From Balanoglossus misakiensis (Eukaryota; Animalia; Hemichordata), in contig JBECUI020000035.1 in assembly GCA_040954595.2 (NCBI GenBank), positions 1 through 64,000 on the forward strand: 64,000 nucleotides of DNA, given 5' to 3'. The translations under genes and the position numbers were made by a program. This document shows positions 46,634 through 59,974 of the stretch, piece by piece. Each line of letters begins with the position of its first letter. The stretch's first letter is position 1. Below the pieces are notes generated by a model, which was not told the origin of the DNA, made no database searches, and was given only the letters and a program-made list of their open reading frames with translations.

Positions 46634-49600
46634 ATTAAAGTTGCAAGCAGCGTTGGCGGGGCACAAGCGGTTCCCATGGTAACAAGCAAATGCCAAGGCT
46701 GTATCTGCTGTGGATACCAAGATATTGGAAAGTAGGTCAAAGGTCACCAGAGGTCACCCCAAATTTGGGCAAAAAAATCGGACCCCATACTAGTCTAGGT
46801 CCAACAAAAACCAAACACCTAGCTCTATTGGTTCGCCTAGAATTAGGTATGCGCATAATTAATGAGGTCTTGTGTAAGACTCCATATCTGCTCCATCGGC
46901 CCTCCAAAAGTCAGGACTCTAACTGCTGTGGATGCTGAGATATGGGAAATTAGATCAAAGGTCATCCAAGGTCACCCAAAATTTGGGCATAAAATGTTGA
47001 CCCCAGAGTGGGCCATGTCCAACTAAAACCAGACCTCTAGCCCTATTGGTTAGCCTGGAATTAGATATGCAGAAAAATGATGTTTTAGAAATAGGTCAAG
47101 GGTCATTGCCAAAATTACCAAAATAGTTGTGTCATGTCCTGGCAGCATTGGTACCCATGTCCACAAAATTCATGACTGTGGTGCTTTTACAAGAGGAGGT
47201 ATGGGGATATGCATATATAATTAGTTGTTTTAAAACTGGGTCAAAGGTCATGTCAAAATTGCCCCGAAAAATTGTAACAACTTCCGGTCATATGATGACT
47301 CATATCCAAAAAAAGAATTTACGTGCTGTCAACATTTTGGCTACAAAGCAGAATTTTCATTTTTCAATGGTTTTCAGAAAATCCAACATGGCCGCCATAA
47401 TGATCGACCAATCACAGTGCGCTTCGCAAACTTGATAAAAATAGGTTAGGTGACCACATACCCCGAATCCTGTGACTCGGCAATCGCTGGTTCTGGAGAA
47501 GAAGATTTTTAAAGTTTTAAGTAGTTTTTCAGAAAAACAATTGTAGCAAAAAAACTTTATGTGTGACGTCATGATTTCAATGGGGTAAAATGATGGACAG
47601 AAGGTAGGCTACCTGCACACCAAATTTGAACTCGATCGGCCCAGTAGTTTTTGAGAAGGACTCGTTTAACGATTGTCAGGAAATGCAATATGGCCGCCAG
47701 GTCACGTGACTAATTAAATATTCACGAGCCACTGCTAGTCTACTCATTGGCCCCTATCACCCTACCAAGTTTCAGCCCCCAAGGTGCAGCGGTTTTCCAG
47801 ATCTACCTGGCCGAATTTCTCGGAAGAAGAAGAAGAAGAAGAAGAATTAAAGCTGCGAGCAGCATTGTCGGGCCCAAGCGCTGATCTTGAATTATATATG
47901 CACAGTATGAATGAGAAGAAACAGAATTTTCTATCGGATGTATTATCTCATGACATAACAAGGATGTGTGTATTGTTGCTGCTGAAATAGGGTGAAGTAG
48001 GTCAAAGGTCACCTAAGGTCACCCAACATTTGGGCAATTTTTTTTTACCCATACTGGTCCATGTCCAACAAAAACCAAAACTCTAGCTCTTTTGGTTCGG
48101 ATGTTATTAGGTATGTGCATATTTAATGAGGTCAGCAGGTGTCACAGGTGACCCAAAAATGTGGCTTTACATTCTGGTCCCCTCCTACAAAATGCCATGG
48201 CTGTATCTGCTCTGGATGCTGAGATATGCGAAAGTAGGTCAAAGGTCACCAGAGGTCACCCAACATTTGGGCAAAAAATTTTGATCCCATACTGGTCCAT
48301 GTCCAACAAAAACCAAACCTCTAGCTCTATTGGTTCACCTGTAATTAGCTATGCACATAATTAATGAGGTCAGCAAAGGTCAAAGGGTCATGAAAAGTAG
48401 CAAAATATTTTGATCACACACTAATCCACATGCATCAAAAACCAAACGTCTAGCCCTATAGGTTAGCCTGGAATTAGATATGCAGAAATAATAACGCGTG
48501 ATAAGTAGGTCAAAGGTCATGTGAAAAATCGCCAAAAATTTGTAACATATTTTAGTCATATGACGATTGATATCAATGAAAATAATTTGTATGCTGTCAT
48601 TTTTTAGACTAGGAAAAGGAATTTCAATTTTTCACTGCTTTTTACAAAATCCAATATGGCCGCCATAATCTTCGACCAATCACAATGCTCTTTGCAAACT
48701 TGATAGACATCAGTGTAGTGACCATACTCCCCGAATCTTGCGACTCAGTTATCGCCCGTTCTGGAGAAGAAGATTTTTTGGAATTCTACTATGGTTTTTC
48801 GAAAATCCAATATGGCCGCCATAATCTTCGACCAATCACAATGCTTCATATCAAACTTGATAGACATCTGTTAGGTGACCACATACCCCAAACCCCGTGA
48901 CTCGGTTATCACCGGTTCTGGAGAAGAAGATTTTTGAAATTTAAGCCAGATTTCAGAAAAAAAATTGTAGCAAAAAAAATGCAACATTTACAGCAAAATA
49001 TCCAATTACAAAAATGATGGGCAGAAGGTAGTCTACCTGCATGCCAAATTTGAAGTCGATCTGACTTGTAGTTTCTGAGATCTGAGATTTGCATTTTTTC
49101 CGAAAAACCAATATGGCCGCCAGGTCACGTGACTAATTAAAAATTCAAGAGTTCAATGCACGACTACCCATTGACCTTGACCACTGTAGCAAGTTTGAGA
49201 AGTGTACCTGCAGTGGTGTCTGAGATCAAGAGCGACAAAGAAATGACACAAGAATAAAGAAAGAAAGAAAGAAAGACAGATTAAAGCTGCGAGCAGCATT
49301 GTCGGGCCCAAGCGCTGATCTCGAATTATATATGCACAGTATGAATGAGAAGAAACAGAATTTTCTATCGGGTGTATTATCTCATGACATAACAAGGACG
49401 TGTGTATTTTTGCTGCTGAAATAGGGTGAAGTATGTCAAAGGTCACTTGAGGTCACCCAACATTTGGGCAAATTTTTTTGACCCATACTGGTCCATGTCC
49501 AACAAAAACCAAAACTCTAGCTCTATTGGTTCGCCTGTAATTAGGTATGTGCATATTTAATGAGGTCAGCAGGTGTCACAGGTGACCCAAAAATGTGGCT

Positions 49601-52600
49601 TTACATTTTGGTCCCATCCTGCCAAATGCCATGGCTGTATCTGCTCTGGATGCTGAGATATGCGAAAGTAGGTCAAAGGTCACCAGAGGTCTTCCAAAAT
49701 TTGGGCAAAAAATTTTGATCCCATACATGTCCATGTCCAACAAAAACCAAACCTCTAGCTCTATTGGTTCGCCTGTAATTAGCTATGCACATAATTAATG
49801 AGGTCAGCAGAGGTCAAAGGGGTCATGAAAAGTAGCAAAATATTTTGATCACACACTAATCCACATGCATCAAAAACCAAACGTCTAGCCCTATAGGTTA
49901 GCCTTGAATTAGATATGCAGAAATAATAATGCGTGATAAGTAGGTCAAAGGTCATGTGAAAAATCGCCAAAAATTTGTAACATATTTTAGTCATATAACG
50001 ATTGATATCCATGAAAAGAATTTGTATGCTATCAATTTTTAGACTAGGAAAAGGAATTTCAATTTTTCACTGCTTTTTACGAAATCCAATATGGCCGCCA
50101 TAATCTTCGACCAATCACAATGCTCTTTGCAAACTTGATAGACATCAGTGTTGTGACCATACTCCCCGAATCTTGCGACTCAGTTATCGCCAGTTCTGGA
50201 GTAGAAGATTTTTGCAGTTTTACTATGGTTTTTCGAAAATCCAATATGGCCGCCATAATCTTCGACCAATCACAATGCTTCTTATCAAACTTGATAGACA
50301 TCAGTTAGGTGACCACATACCCCAAACCGCGTCACTCGGTTATCACCGGTTCTGGAGAAGAAGATTTTTGAAATTTAAGCCAGATTTCAGAAACAAAATT
50401 GTAGCAAAAAAACTGCAACATTTACAGCAAAATATCCGATTACAAAAATGATGGGTAGAAGGTAGACTACCTGCACACCAAATTTGAAGTCGATCTGACT
50501 TGTAGTTTCTGAGATATGAGATTTGCATTTTTTCAGAAAATCCAATATGGCCGCCAGGTCACGTGACTAATTAAAAATTCAAGGGTTCAATGCACGACTA
50601 CTCATTGACCTTGACCACTGTAGCAAGTTTGAAAACTGTACCTGCAGTGGTGTCTGAGATCTAGAGCGACAAAGAAGTGAACCAAGAATAAAGAAAGAAA
50701 GAAAGAAAGAAAAACCCCAACGAAACCAATAGGGCCCAAGCGCTGCTATGCGCTTGGGCCCTAATTAAAGCTGCAAGCAGCATTGTCCGGGCCCAAGCTC
50801 TATTATCTGATCAGATTATTAGATATGCACATAATTAATGAGTAGAAACATAATGCTGTGTTTTATCCCATGAAATATCAAGGTTATATCTATGCTTGGT
50901 GTTGATATAGTGTTAAGTAGGTCAAAGGTCACCCAGAGGTCACCCACAATTTGGGCAGAAAATTGTGACCCATAGTGGTCCATGTCCAACAAAAACCAGA
51001 CCTCTAGCCCTTTTGGTTAGCCCGGAATTAGGTATGCACATAAATAATGAGTTAAGCAGGTGTCAAAGGTGACCCAAAACTTTGGCTTTTCATTATGGCC
51101 CCATACCTCCAAACGCCAAGGTTGTATCTGCTGTGGATGTCGAGATATGCAAAAGTAGGTCAAAGGTCACCCGAGGTCACCCAACATTTGGGCAAAATAT
51201 TTTGACCCCATACTGGTCCATGTATAACAAAAACAAAACCTCTAGGTGTATTGGTTCATCATTAATTAGGTATGCGCATATTTAATGAGGTCACCAGAGG
51301 TCAAAGGGGTAATGAAAAGTAGCAACATTTTTTGATCACATACAAATCCACATACATCAAAAACCAAACTTATAGCCCTATTGGTAAGCCTGGAATTAGA
51401 TATGCAGAAAAATGATGCGTCAAAAGTAGGTCAAAGGTCATTGCCAAAATTACCAAAATATTTATAGCTTATTCTTGTCATATGATGATTCATATCCATA
51501 AAAAGAATTTCTGTGCTATCAATTTTTAGGCTAGAAAAGGAATTTTTACTTTTTAATCGTTTTTCACAAAATCCAATATGGCCGCCATAATCTTCGACCA
51601 ATCACATTCCCCTTCGCAAACTTGATAGACACCTGTTTAATGACCACACACACCAAATCTTGTGACTCGGTTATCGCCCGTTCTTGAGAAGAAGATTTTT
51701 GAAGTTTTACTATGGTTTTTCGAAAATCCAATATGGCCGCCATAATCTTCGACCAATCACAATGATCTTCGCAAACTTGATAGACATCAGTTAGGTGACC
51801 ACATACCCCAAACCGCGTGACTCAGTTATCACCGGTTCTGGAGAAGAAGATTTTTGAAATTTAAGCCAGATTTCAGAAAAAAAATTGTAGCAAAAAAACT
51901 GCAACATTTACAGCAAAATATCCAATTACAAAAATGATGGGTAGAAGGTAGACTACCTGCACACCAAATTTGAAGTCGATCTGACTTGTAGTTTCGGAGA
52001 TCTGAGATTTGCATTTTTTCAGAAAATCCAATATGGCCGCCAGGTCACGTGACTAATTAAAAATTCACAGGTTCAATGCACGACTACTCATTGACCTTGA
52101 CCACTGTAGCAAGTTTCAGAAGTGTACCTGCAGCGGTGTCTGAGATCTAGAGCGACAAAGAATTGACACAAGAATAAAGAAAGAAAGAAGAAAGAAAAAC
52201 CCCAACGAAACCAATAGGGCCCAAGCGCTGGTATGCGCTTGGGCCCTAAAAAACCCCAACGAAACCAATAGGGCCCAAGCGCTTGCTTGCGCTTGGGCCC
52301 TAATTAAAGCTGCGAGCAGCATTGTTGGGCCCAAGCGCTGATCTTGAATTATATATGCACAGTATGAATGAGAAGAAACAGAATTTTCTATCGGATGTAT
52401 TATCTCATGACATAACAAGGATGTGTGTATTTTTGCTGCTGAAATAGGGTGAAGTAGGTCAAAGGTCACCTGAGGTCACCCAACATTTGGGCAATTTTTT
52501 TTACCCATACTGGTCCATGTCCAACAAAAACCAAAACTCTAGCTCTATTGGTTCGCCTGTAATTAGGTATGTGCATAATTAATGAGGTCAGCAGAGGTCA

Positions 52601-53020
52601 AAGGGGTCATGAAAAGTAGCAAAATATTTTGATCACACACTAATCCACATTCATCAAAAACCAAACCTCTAGCCCTATAGGTTAGCCTGGAATTAGATAT
52701 GCAGAAATAATAATGTGTGATAATTAGGTCAAAGGTCATGTGAAAAATCGCCAAAAAATTGTTATATATTTTAGTCACATGACGATTGATATCCATAAAA
52801 GAATTTGTATGCTATCAATTTTTGGACTAGAAAAAGGAATTTCAATTTTTCTCTGTTTTTTACAAAATCCAATATGGCCGCCATAATCTTCGACCAATCA
52901 CAATGCTCTTTGCAAACTTGATAGACATCAGTGTAGTGACCATACTCCCCGAATCTTGCGACTCAGTCATCGCTCGTTCTGGAGAAGAAGATTTTTGGAG
53001 TTTAACTATGGTTTTACAAA
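46634..53020 (+). mobile_element. Nested/tandem non-autonomous Helentron-like elements (units start ~46634, 47846, 49280, 50764, 52303)
   Basis: Same family as above. Terminal hairpins at ~50731-50762 and two stacked at ~52196-52302. The last unit is truncated at ~53020. Confidence 0.75.
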
Positions 53021-53149
53021 AAAACAATAAACCTGCTGTACCTCCGCATGTCTCCACAAGAGCTAGGAGCTCAAAATCGGTCGGACGCAGACCAGCGGTC
53101 TGTCAGGTGTAGTAACCGTAACACCAATAAAGGTAGGTTTTCATTGATT

Positions 53150-53740
53150 CTAATAGGTCTCCGTTCATCAACATTTCAAATATTCTCCATAATCCAGTAG
53201 TTGCCACTGTACTTGAATGAAATATTTCCTTTCAAACTTCCAAATGGTAACCGAATCTCAAATCGCAAATCTTTCCATTTTAATAACGAAGTCGGATGCC
53301 GAAATTACCAACTCACTTTTTCTATCGGACTCCATCATTCTAATACTTTACTTCAATGTTCAAAAATTGTGTAAAACAATATCCACTCTCAATCTATATT
53401 TCAGGTTTAACGGCGTAATGGCATCCCCGGCCTTTGCTCTATCATAGAGGCAAATGGTATTATCTCTTCCAGTGGAAAAGTTGCGGAGCTGTACGTATTC
53501 TCCCTTCTATAATCTGTTCAGCCACTTCGGATTTTCTTTCCAGAATTTAAGTTCCAGAACGTTGCCATCGTGCTGCATACAAGGCACGCTAAACAGTTTC
53601 CAGTTGGCGGAATTCCGGATCTCGACATCCTCCATGACGCGCAATTTCACAGCCATGCCTTGGCTGGTTGCAGATGATGGAGCTAAGGTACGTAACAATC
53701 GCACCCCGAAACGCCTGGGCCCTTTTTTGTGTGTAGTCAT
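53150..53740 (-). pseudogene. Decayed ORF with possible OB-fold
   Basis: MTTHKKG...GNVLELKFWKENPKWLNRL*KGEYVQLRNFSTGRDNTICLYD... stays protein-like through in-frame stops. The motif resembles OB-fold strands. Confidence 0.35.
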
Positions 53741-54578
53741 TGTGGGTATGTTAACCTCCCATGTCCTTCATTTTTAGAAATTTAGTATACAAAACTGGAT
53801 GACCGATTATGTTTTAGAGACCTTTCCCGAATCCACCTGAAGCCCAGTCGGAATGTCTTAGGATGTAACCTAAATTCAATATGGCTGCCTCCATGCGTTC
53901 ACTTGCATTTGAAAATATGTTGATTTTATCGTCGATTAGCGGTGTTTATTCTCAGTATCAATTTAAACGCGGCACTCGCTCACAAGTCATATTCTAGAAA
54001 GAAAGAAAAAATGATAGTTTTGAGTACAGATTACATGTATTTTAAAACGAGGTTTGGTAACAATGGTATCACTACTAAATGACTTACAATCGATGTTTTT
54101 AATTGTCTTTGCACCACAGTATGAATCCGGTGATGGTAAATCGCATTCAACTTAGAAGGCATGGAGAAAGCGCAACTGATGGTAACTGGGATGCCAAACT
54201 GAAACTTTTGGGAGAGAAAACCTTGCCATGTACGGACGTGGGTGTCACAGTTAAACTTGGGTTAAATACTACAGCGACAACCGAAGTCCCGTTGAGATAT
54301 GATATGTGGTAGTGCATGTCCACATGAGTGCCGTGTACTAGCCTCTCTCTCTGTAAATCCATCCAGGCTACTGCTTTCTGTACATTGGAGAGAAATGAGA
54401 ACAAGATGGTTAAATCATATTTTGTATAAGTTGGTGTTGACGAAAATAAGATGCATGTGAATTTTAGGACTGAAATGTTTCTGTAATGAATACTAAATTA
54501 AAAGTTCACAACTTGCATGCAGATAGTAAGTGCTGGGGAAGTTGCAGGGTGGAGATTGCTTTGGTTTAGTTAACTTAC

Positions 54579-54899
54579 TCAATCTTTGTGACTGTTGCAT
54601 TTCTTGATTGATAGAGTAGTGTACATGCATTGGCAGGTTTTCTAATATGGCCTCCTCTGTACCCAAGGTCTGGCATAAGGTGGGACACTGTAAGTATTTG
54701 CCGTCTGACACAGAAGATGCCACTTCTAGAAAAAAATAAAAAGGACAGAATGTGATTGGTAAGACACAGAGACGTGAACATGTACACAAAATGATAGGAA
54801 ATTGGTGGAAGCAAGTACTGCAGTTAATACTTACTCATCTATGTCTATTCCCTCAAATATCCCTTCTACCATATCATCACCATTTGGTTCTTTTAACAC
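54579..54899 (-). pseudogene. Two linked exons (54835-54899, 54579-54725) of an unidentified gene; possible degenerate HMG-box start
   Basis: Consensus AG acceptors and GTAAGT donors with a 109-nt intron. The joined frame is open: VLKEPNGDDMVEGIFEGIDIDESGIFCVRRQILTVSHLMPDLGYRGGHIRKPANACTLLYQSRNATVTKI. Confidence 0.45.
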
Positions 54900-56082
54900 C
54901 TTAGGGAAAAATTGAGAGTTACATTAGAAGCACCGACAATAGGAGGGGGGGTAAGGTTTGCAGAGAACAGGTTTTTTTATGAACATTTGTGAAAATCAGA
55001 AATTAGTGACATGTAGGATTTCAATTTTATGATGTAACATTGTTTTCTTTTCAACATCAGTTCTCTGAGTAAAAAGATGGCCATGTAAATTTTCTCTAAG
55101 TTTGTTAGAGAAATAAAGTACATGTACAACTTTAGTGTTTCACTAATTGAGTTTCAGTGTTCTTGTATTGTCTCCTTTGCCCCATGTCAACCTCAAAGTA
55201 AATATCAAATTTGCCATTTTTGACTTATTTGTCCTTGTAGTGGGCCACATAGCATTTTAGTGCAACTTATGAAAATCTGAAGAACCAAATGCCTAATTTA
55301 CCCACTCTGCACAGATTTATGTCAATGGTACTGACTTGATGATCGGTATAGCGCCCTCTGTGGTAGGGGGTGGGGGGTTAACCTTGCCTTTATATGTTTA
55401 TCCCTGTCCGGTTCCATTCCAATTGTATCTATGGTAACCTCATTATCAGCAGTAAATGCCACAATTGTAAAACAGCAATAATTTTAGTATCAAGCACTCT
55501 GTGGAATTAAATATACCCTGTGTATTCTTTGTTTCCCATTAGTAATCATGCAACTTTGCCATTTTGGGCCTTCTGATTTGCTGTATGTGCTCACTAGTCC
55601 TTCCCAACGTCTCTGAATTAGAAGGCCATTGTCATTTGTATAGTGTAGACACATTTCATTTTAGTACAACTGATGAAAGTCTCGTGAAAAACCAAATGCT
55701 TAATTTACCCACTGTGCAAAGATTATCTGAATGATATTGTGTTGATCGTCATATAGTATAGCGCCCTCTGCGATAGTATTTGGATGATTGTGCCAGGGAG
55801 AAGGGGGTACTGAGGGAGCAGATGCAGATGACAGCAAGGCATATCCACTGAACAATGAGAGGGTACGTGTTGTCAGCATTCAGGGAGAGTAAAAAGGGGA
55901 GCGCAAGAGACCAGGATGAAGAGACGAGCAGTATTGCATCATCTGTGGAAATAAATGCCAAGAGAAGGTAAATGTGTAAGACAAGCACTTAGGGGTTATA
56001 AACAAATGTTTTTTTGTGGACAGTTTTAGTATCAAGCATTGTGGAATTAAATATACACAGTGTGTGTTGTGTGTTAGATAGG

Positions 56083-56090
56083 TACATACA

Positions 56091-56124
<34 letters not shown>

Positions 56125-56266
56125 CATACATACATACATACATACATACATACATGCATGCATGCATGCATGCATGCATACATGCATGCATGCATGCATG
56201 CATGCATACATACATACATACATACATACATACATACATACATACATACATACATACATACATACA
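56083..56266. repeat. (CATA)n/(CATG)n microsatellite
   Basis: Direct reading. Confidence 0.95.
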
Positions 56267-56300
56267 TGGAAAACACACAGCAAATGGACTCCTTTTTTAT

Positions 56301-56374
56301 CATCCTCACCAGGAATCGAACCAGGATCCCTTATCACAAAGTGACAAATGCGTTAACCATTACACCATGAGGAT
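56301..56374 (-). tRNA. tRNA-Gln-like sequence (pseudo-tRNA or SINE-type head)
   Basis: A-box TGGTGTAATGG, B-box GGTTCGATTCC, acceptor stem ATCCTCA/TGAGGAT. The anticodon arm is 2 nt longer than canonical and there is no oligo-T terminator directly downstream. Confidence 0.6.
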
Positions 56375-58107
56375 TGTTTTATCTCCACTAACTGCCAACA
56401 CACTGTCCAATTGCACATTCACTCACTGACATATTCAACACACCAGTTTTTTTATTTCAATAAAAATTCACAAATGCATGTGAGAAATAACAGAGAGTCA
56501 GAAATTGGCATCCACAGGAGTTACTGCATTGCTATATGGTATTATAGAGCAGCCAATGCAGTCTAACACTTTTATTAGCTTATTAAAGGCAGAAAGTCTC
56601 TTTGCTGCCCTTTTTTAATAATTATGTGTGATACAAGAGACTGTTAATGTGGATATATAGTGAATCAACGTTCGACCACACACAGCTTCCATCCCGTTTG
56701 TAGGATATGACAGTAAAAACTCGCCCAAAATGAATAAATGGTAAAGACCAATTATTCATTTTGGCAAGATTTTTCACTCTCGTGTCTACAAGCAGTGTGT
56801 GTTGTTGAATGTTGATTCACTATATATCCACATGTACATTAACATAAATGGTGTCTTGCATCAAACATAATTAATGGAAAAGGGTCCCTTTAATTTATAT
56901 ACTTATCAAATTGTAAGCTAACCAATATGGTTAGAAGTCCGATTTGCTTGGACGTGAACCAATATGATCTATCAAAATTTTCTGGTAAAAGTTTGAGTAA
57001 CTATAACTTGTGCTTTCACCTTTTTTCATCATGTTGCTTGGGCCCTGACAATGCTGCTTTATAGCTACTACAGGATTAGATTACTTCCATTTGGCAGTAG
57101 CATATAAGTGTAATGGTGTAGAAAGTTTATCCTGTTTACTGAAAGAGGAATTGCAAGAGAAACCATGTGTTATAAAAAAAAACTAGAAGATATTAAATAG
57201 CCTTAGTAAACATTTCCCAGAAACATTTCAATGAACAGTTACCATAATGTACTTTACATTAGAGTCAGAGGTGACTAAAAGGCTAATATTGTCATTTGTG
57301 AAATGTACACAATTGTATTTATATTGTCGGTGAACTGTTTAGCTGTGTTGTCAGTTATGTTGAGCTTATTAGATTGGGTGATTGTCTTATTGGGTGAGTG
57401 GTGTCACTGTCTGTCACTTTTCTTTACTGAAACCACGGGGCCAATTACTTTGAAATTTAGTATGCAGGTTCCTAGGGTGAAGTTGGTAGAGTTTATGTAA
57501 ATTGTGGTGAAATGTGTAATTTTTGATCAATTTTAGTTGTGTTTAGTTAAATTCTTTGTACAATTACTTTGAAATTTAGTGTGTAGGTCCTTGGGGTTGA
57601 TTTTACTGGAATTTGCTCAATTTGTGACAGAATGTGGAATATGTTATTTCGGAAGCAATTGCTTGTTTGGTCTTTTTTATTTCATAAACCAGATACTGTG
57701 ATTGTTTTTCTGTTCTTTTTTGTATGTGTGTCTATTTTCACAATTGAAATAAATTAATATAAGGCTATATAAAATAAATTGGTGTTTTATGCTTTTTATT
57801 ATTGATATTGTTTGTATGGTTGATATCAGATATCATATGTCTTATAGTGAGAAAGAAACCACTACACAATCCCTAGTAGTATTTGTGGTAATATATCTGT
57901 TTTGAGAATATAGCCCATTAGTATATTGTAGTCTTTGTACAACTTTTCTTCAAAATGTGTTATATGAACAAATAAAATATGGCAAGAAGATGAATTGTTT
58001 CGAAGAATGAATCATAATAAACAGTAGAATTTGGTCAATTTTTGTACAGGCATAAAGAAATAGCTTGTACATGAGCTTGCACGACGGTATTTGGTCAATA
58101 CAGGGCG

Positions 58108-58430
58108 CATGTATGTATGTATGTATGTATGTATGTATGTATGTATGTATGTATGTATGTATGTATGTAGGTATGTATGTATGTATGTATGTATGTATGT
58201 ATGTATGTATGTATGTATGTATGCATGCATGCATGTATGTATGTATGTATGTATGTATGTATGTATGTATGTATGTATGTATGTATGTATGTATGTATGT
58301 ATGTATGTATGTATGTATGTATGTATGTATGTATGTATGTATGTATGTATGTATGTATGTATGTATGTATGTATGTATGTATGTATGTATGTATGTACCT
58401 ATCTAACACACAACACACACTGTGTATATT
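58108..58430 (+). repeat. (TATG)n microsatellite plus flank, inverted copy of 56049-56266
   Basis: ACCTATCTAACACACAACACACACTGTGTATATTT is the reverse complement of 56049-56083. Confidence 0.9.
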
Positions 58431-59974
58431 TGTTGGGCATTTTGGTTTTCTACCACATATCTCAGTAGTTTCCATGCCATAGTGACTCTTCAGTTTTACA
58501 TAATGATATCCAATATAACCCAATCTACTATTAATGCGATTTTTTTTTTCATTTTGATTGTGGAAATGGTTAAAAATGAAAAACATCTGAATTTGTACTT
58601 TAATAAATATAAGCTATATAGTATTTTAAAATGGTCATAAATTTATGTTAACATGGCAAAACATGTTTTAGTGTTTATGTATACTTGTTTAATATAGAGA
58701 AATAATTGTACAAATAAAATGACAACTTACTTTTGCTTTTAAAAATAATTAAAAATGGTAATGTTTCTTGAGATATACCAGGGTTTCTAGAATATAGAGG
58801 GCGCTGGCACGGGAACATTTGATGGTTGTCCCCAATACAACATTCTGGTATCATGTTTTATCATCTGTGGACATTTGGCAGCGATATCCAACAGGATGTG
58901 CATAAAATCCCGAGAAGGTCTTCTCGTTGTATTGCTTCTTGAGATATTGAAACTGTCTTGAATCCCAACGCGAATGTGATGGTGATGCGTATGTTGTTGC
59001 ACGTAGTCACATCCGAAAACGAATCAAGTGCTCTTGTTGTTCAGCAGCTGAATATAGGTTAGTGGGATATGTGTATATTCTCGTGGTTATTTTTAATGAG
59101 TATAAATGACAGAATCGGTGGTTTGAACGTGTAAGAGTTGATGGTATTGGTTATGTAGTTGTGTTTTATCTAATGGTAGTGTGATTTTAATTGTGTATGA
59201 GGCGATGGCAGTTTTGTCAGGCTTTTTTTATTTTCGTGTCGAGCGACATCCAATATGGCGGTTGTCGTTATATACTGAAAGGGTTTCGTTTGTATGCATG
59301 TTTTGGCAAATTGTATATATGTTAAGATGGTGAAGTTTGCTTGAAGGAATAGAAACATCAGAGGCTGGGTACATCGGAGTTTCTATTTCATTCCATACAA
59401 GTTGAAATTAAGCTTATTTTTGGAGTGTATACAGGTACATATGATTATTTAGAAACGGTTTTAGGCAAGTGAATCTGCTGAATTCGGGCGATCGGTCTTG
59501 TATCGTGTGTATGAAACGTACAAGCAGTGGTAGGATATTATTTTGGGATGTGTACTTCAATAGTTTCCATGTCTCTTATATGTATTTGTCAAAAAATAAA
59601 CAGTAGTAAAAATGGATTGTATTTTCCATTATTTTTTCTGTTAATATTGTATGTTTACATGACCAAAAGCCTTAAGGTTTTCATTGGAATTTATATCAGG
59701 GTAATCAATTTGTTTATGATAATTATTTGCTTCAAATATGGAACAATCTGTGTGAGTACATAACAGAAACATTGCTAGATAATTTGACATTTGAATTGTT
59801 CGTAAGAATGTGAGGACAAGCATAGAATTGGCCAAATTATGCTGGTGACCACTCTGTTTAGTGTGTATGCTTTCTAGTCGTGACAGGCATGTTAAAAACA
59901 TAGACAATGAAATCTGGTTGGAGCATGAAAAGTAGAGTTGACTTGTTAACATATTTTGATGCCATGAAACCATT

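Larger units (their letters stand above)
40827..50824. repeat. Near-perfect 4999-bp tandem duplication (40827-45825 / 45826-50824)
   Basis: The ORF track repeats with offset 4999. Junction TAGAT|AGTGCTGG at 45825/45826. At least one substitution distinguishes the copies (GGATCG at 41831 vs GGTTCG at 46830). Confidence 0.97.
55260..56460 (-). repeat. Left arm of second large inverted repeat (partner ~61995-63037)
   Basis: 56270-56452 is the reverse complement of ~62000-62185. 55280-55780 is the reverse complement of the ~310-bp units at 62319-63037. Confidence 0.8.

Noticed and set aside
41475-53112. Many repeated 60-110-aa ORFs as a gene cluster
   Set aside because: They lie inside non-coding Helentron-like units and the 4999-bp duplication, with no transposase or RepHel motifs.
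55884-55967. Possible exon on either strand (plus-strand ESKKGSARDQDEETSS... ending AG|GTAAAT)
   Set aside because: Ambiguous strand, weak acceptor and no partner exon identified.
33470-56885. Motif GTTGATTCACTATATATCCACATGTA...AAACATAATTAATGGAAAA (33530, 35838, 56811) as a conserved regulatory element
   Set aside because: It behaves as an ordinary short dispersed repeat, and its ends and family could not be defined.
55880-58586. ORFs of MYVC/HTYI repeats (also 16209-16463)
   Set aside because: They are translations of (TATG)n/(CATA)n microsatellites.
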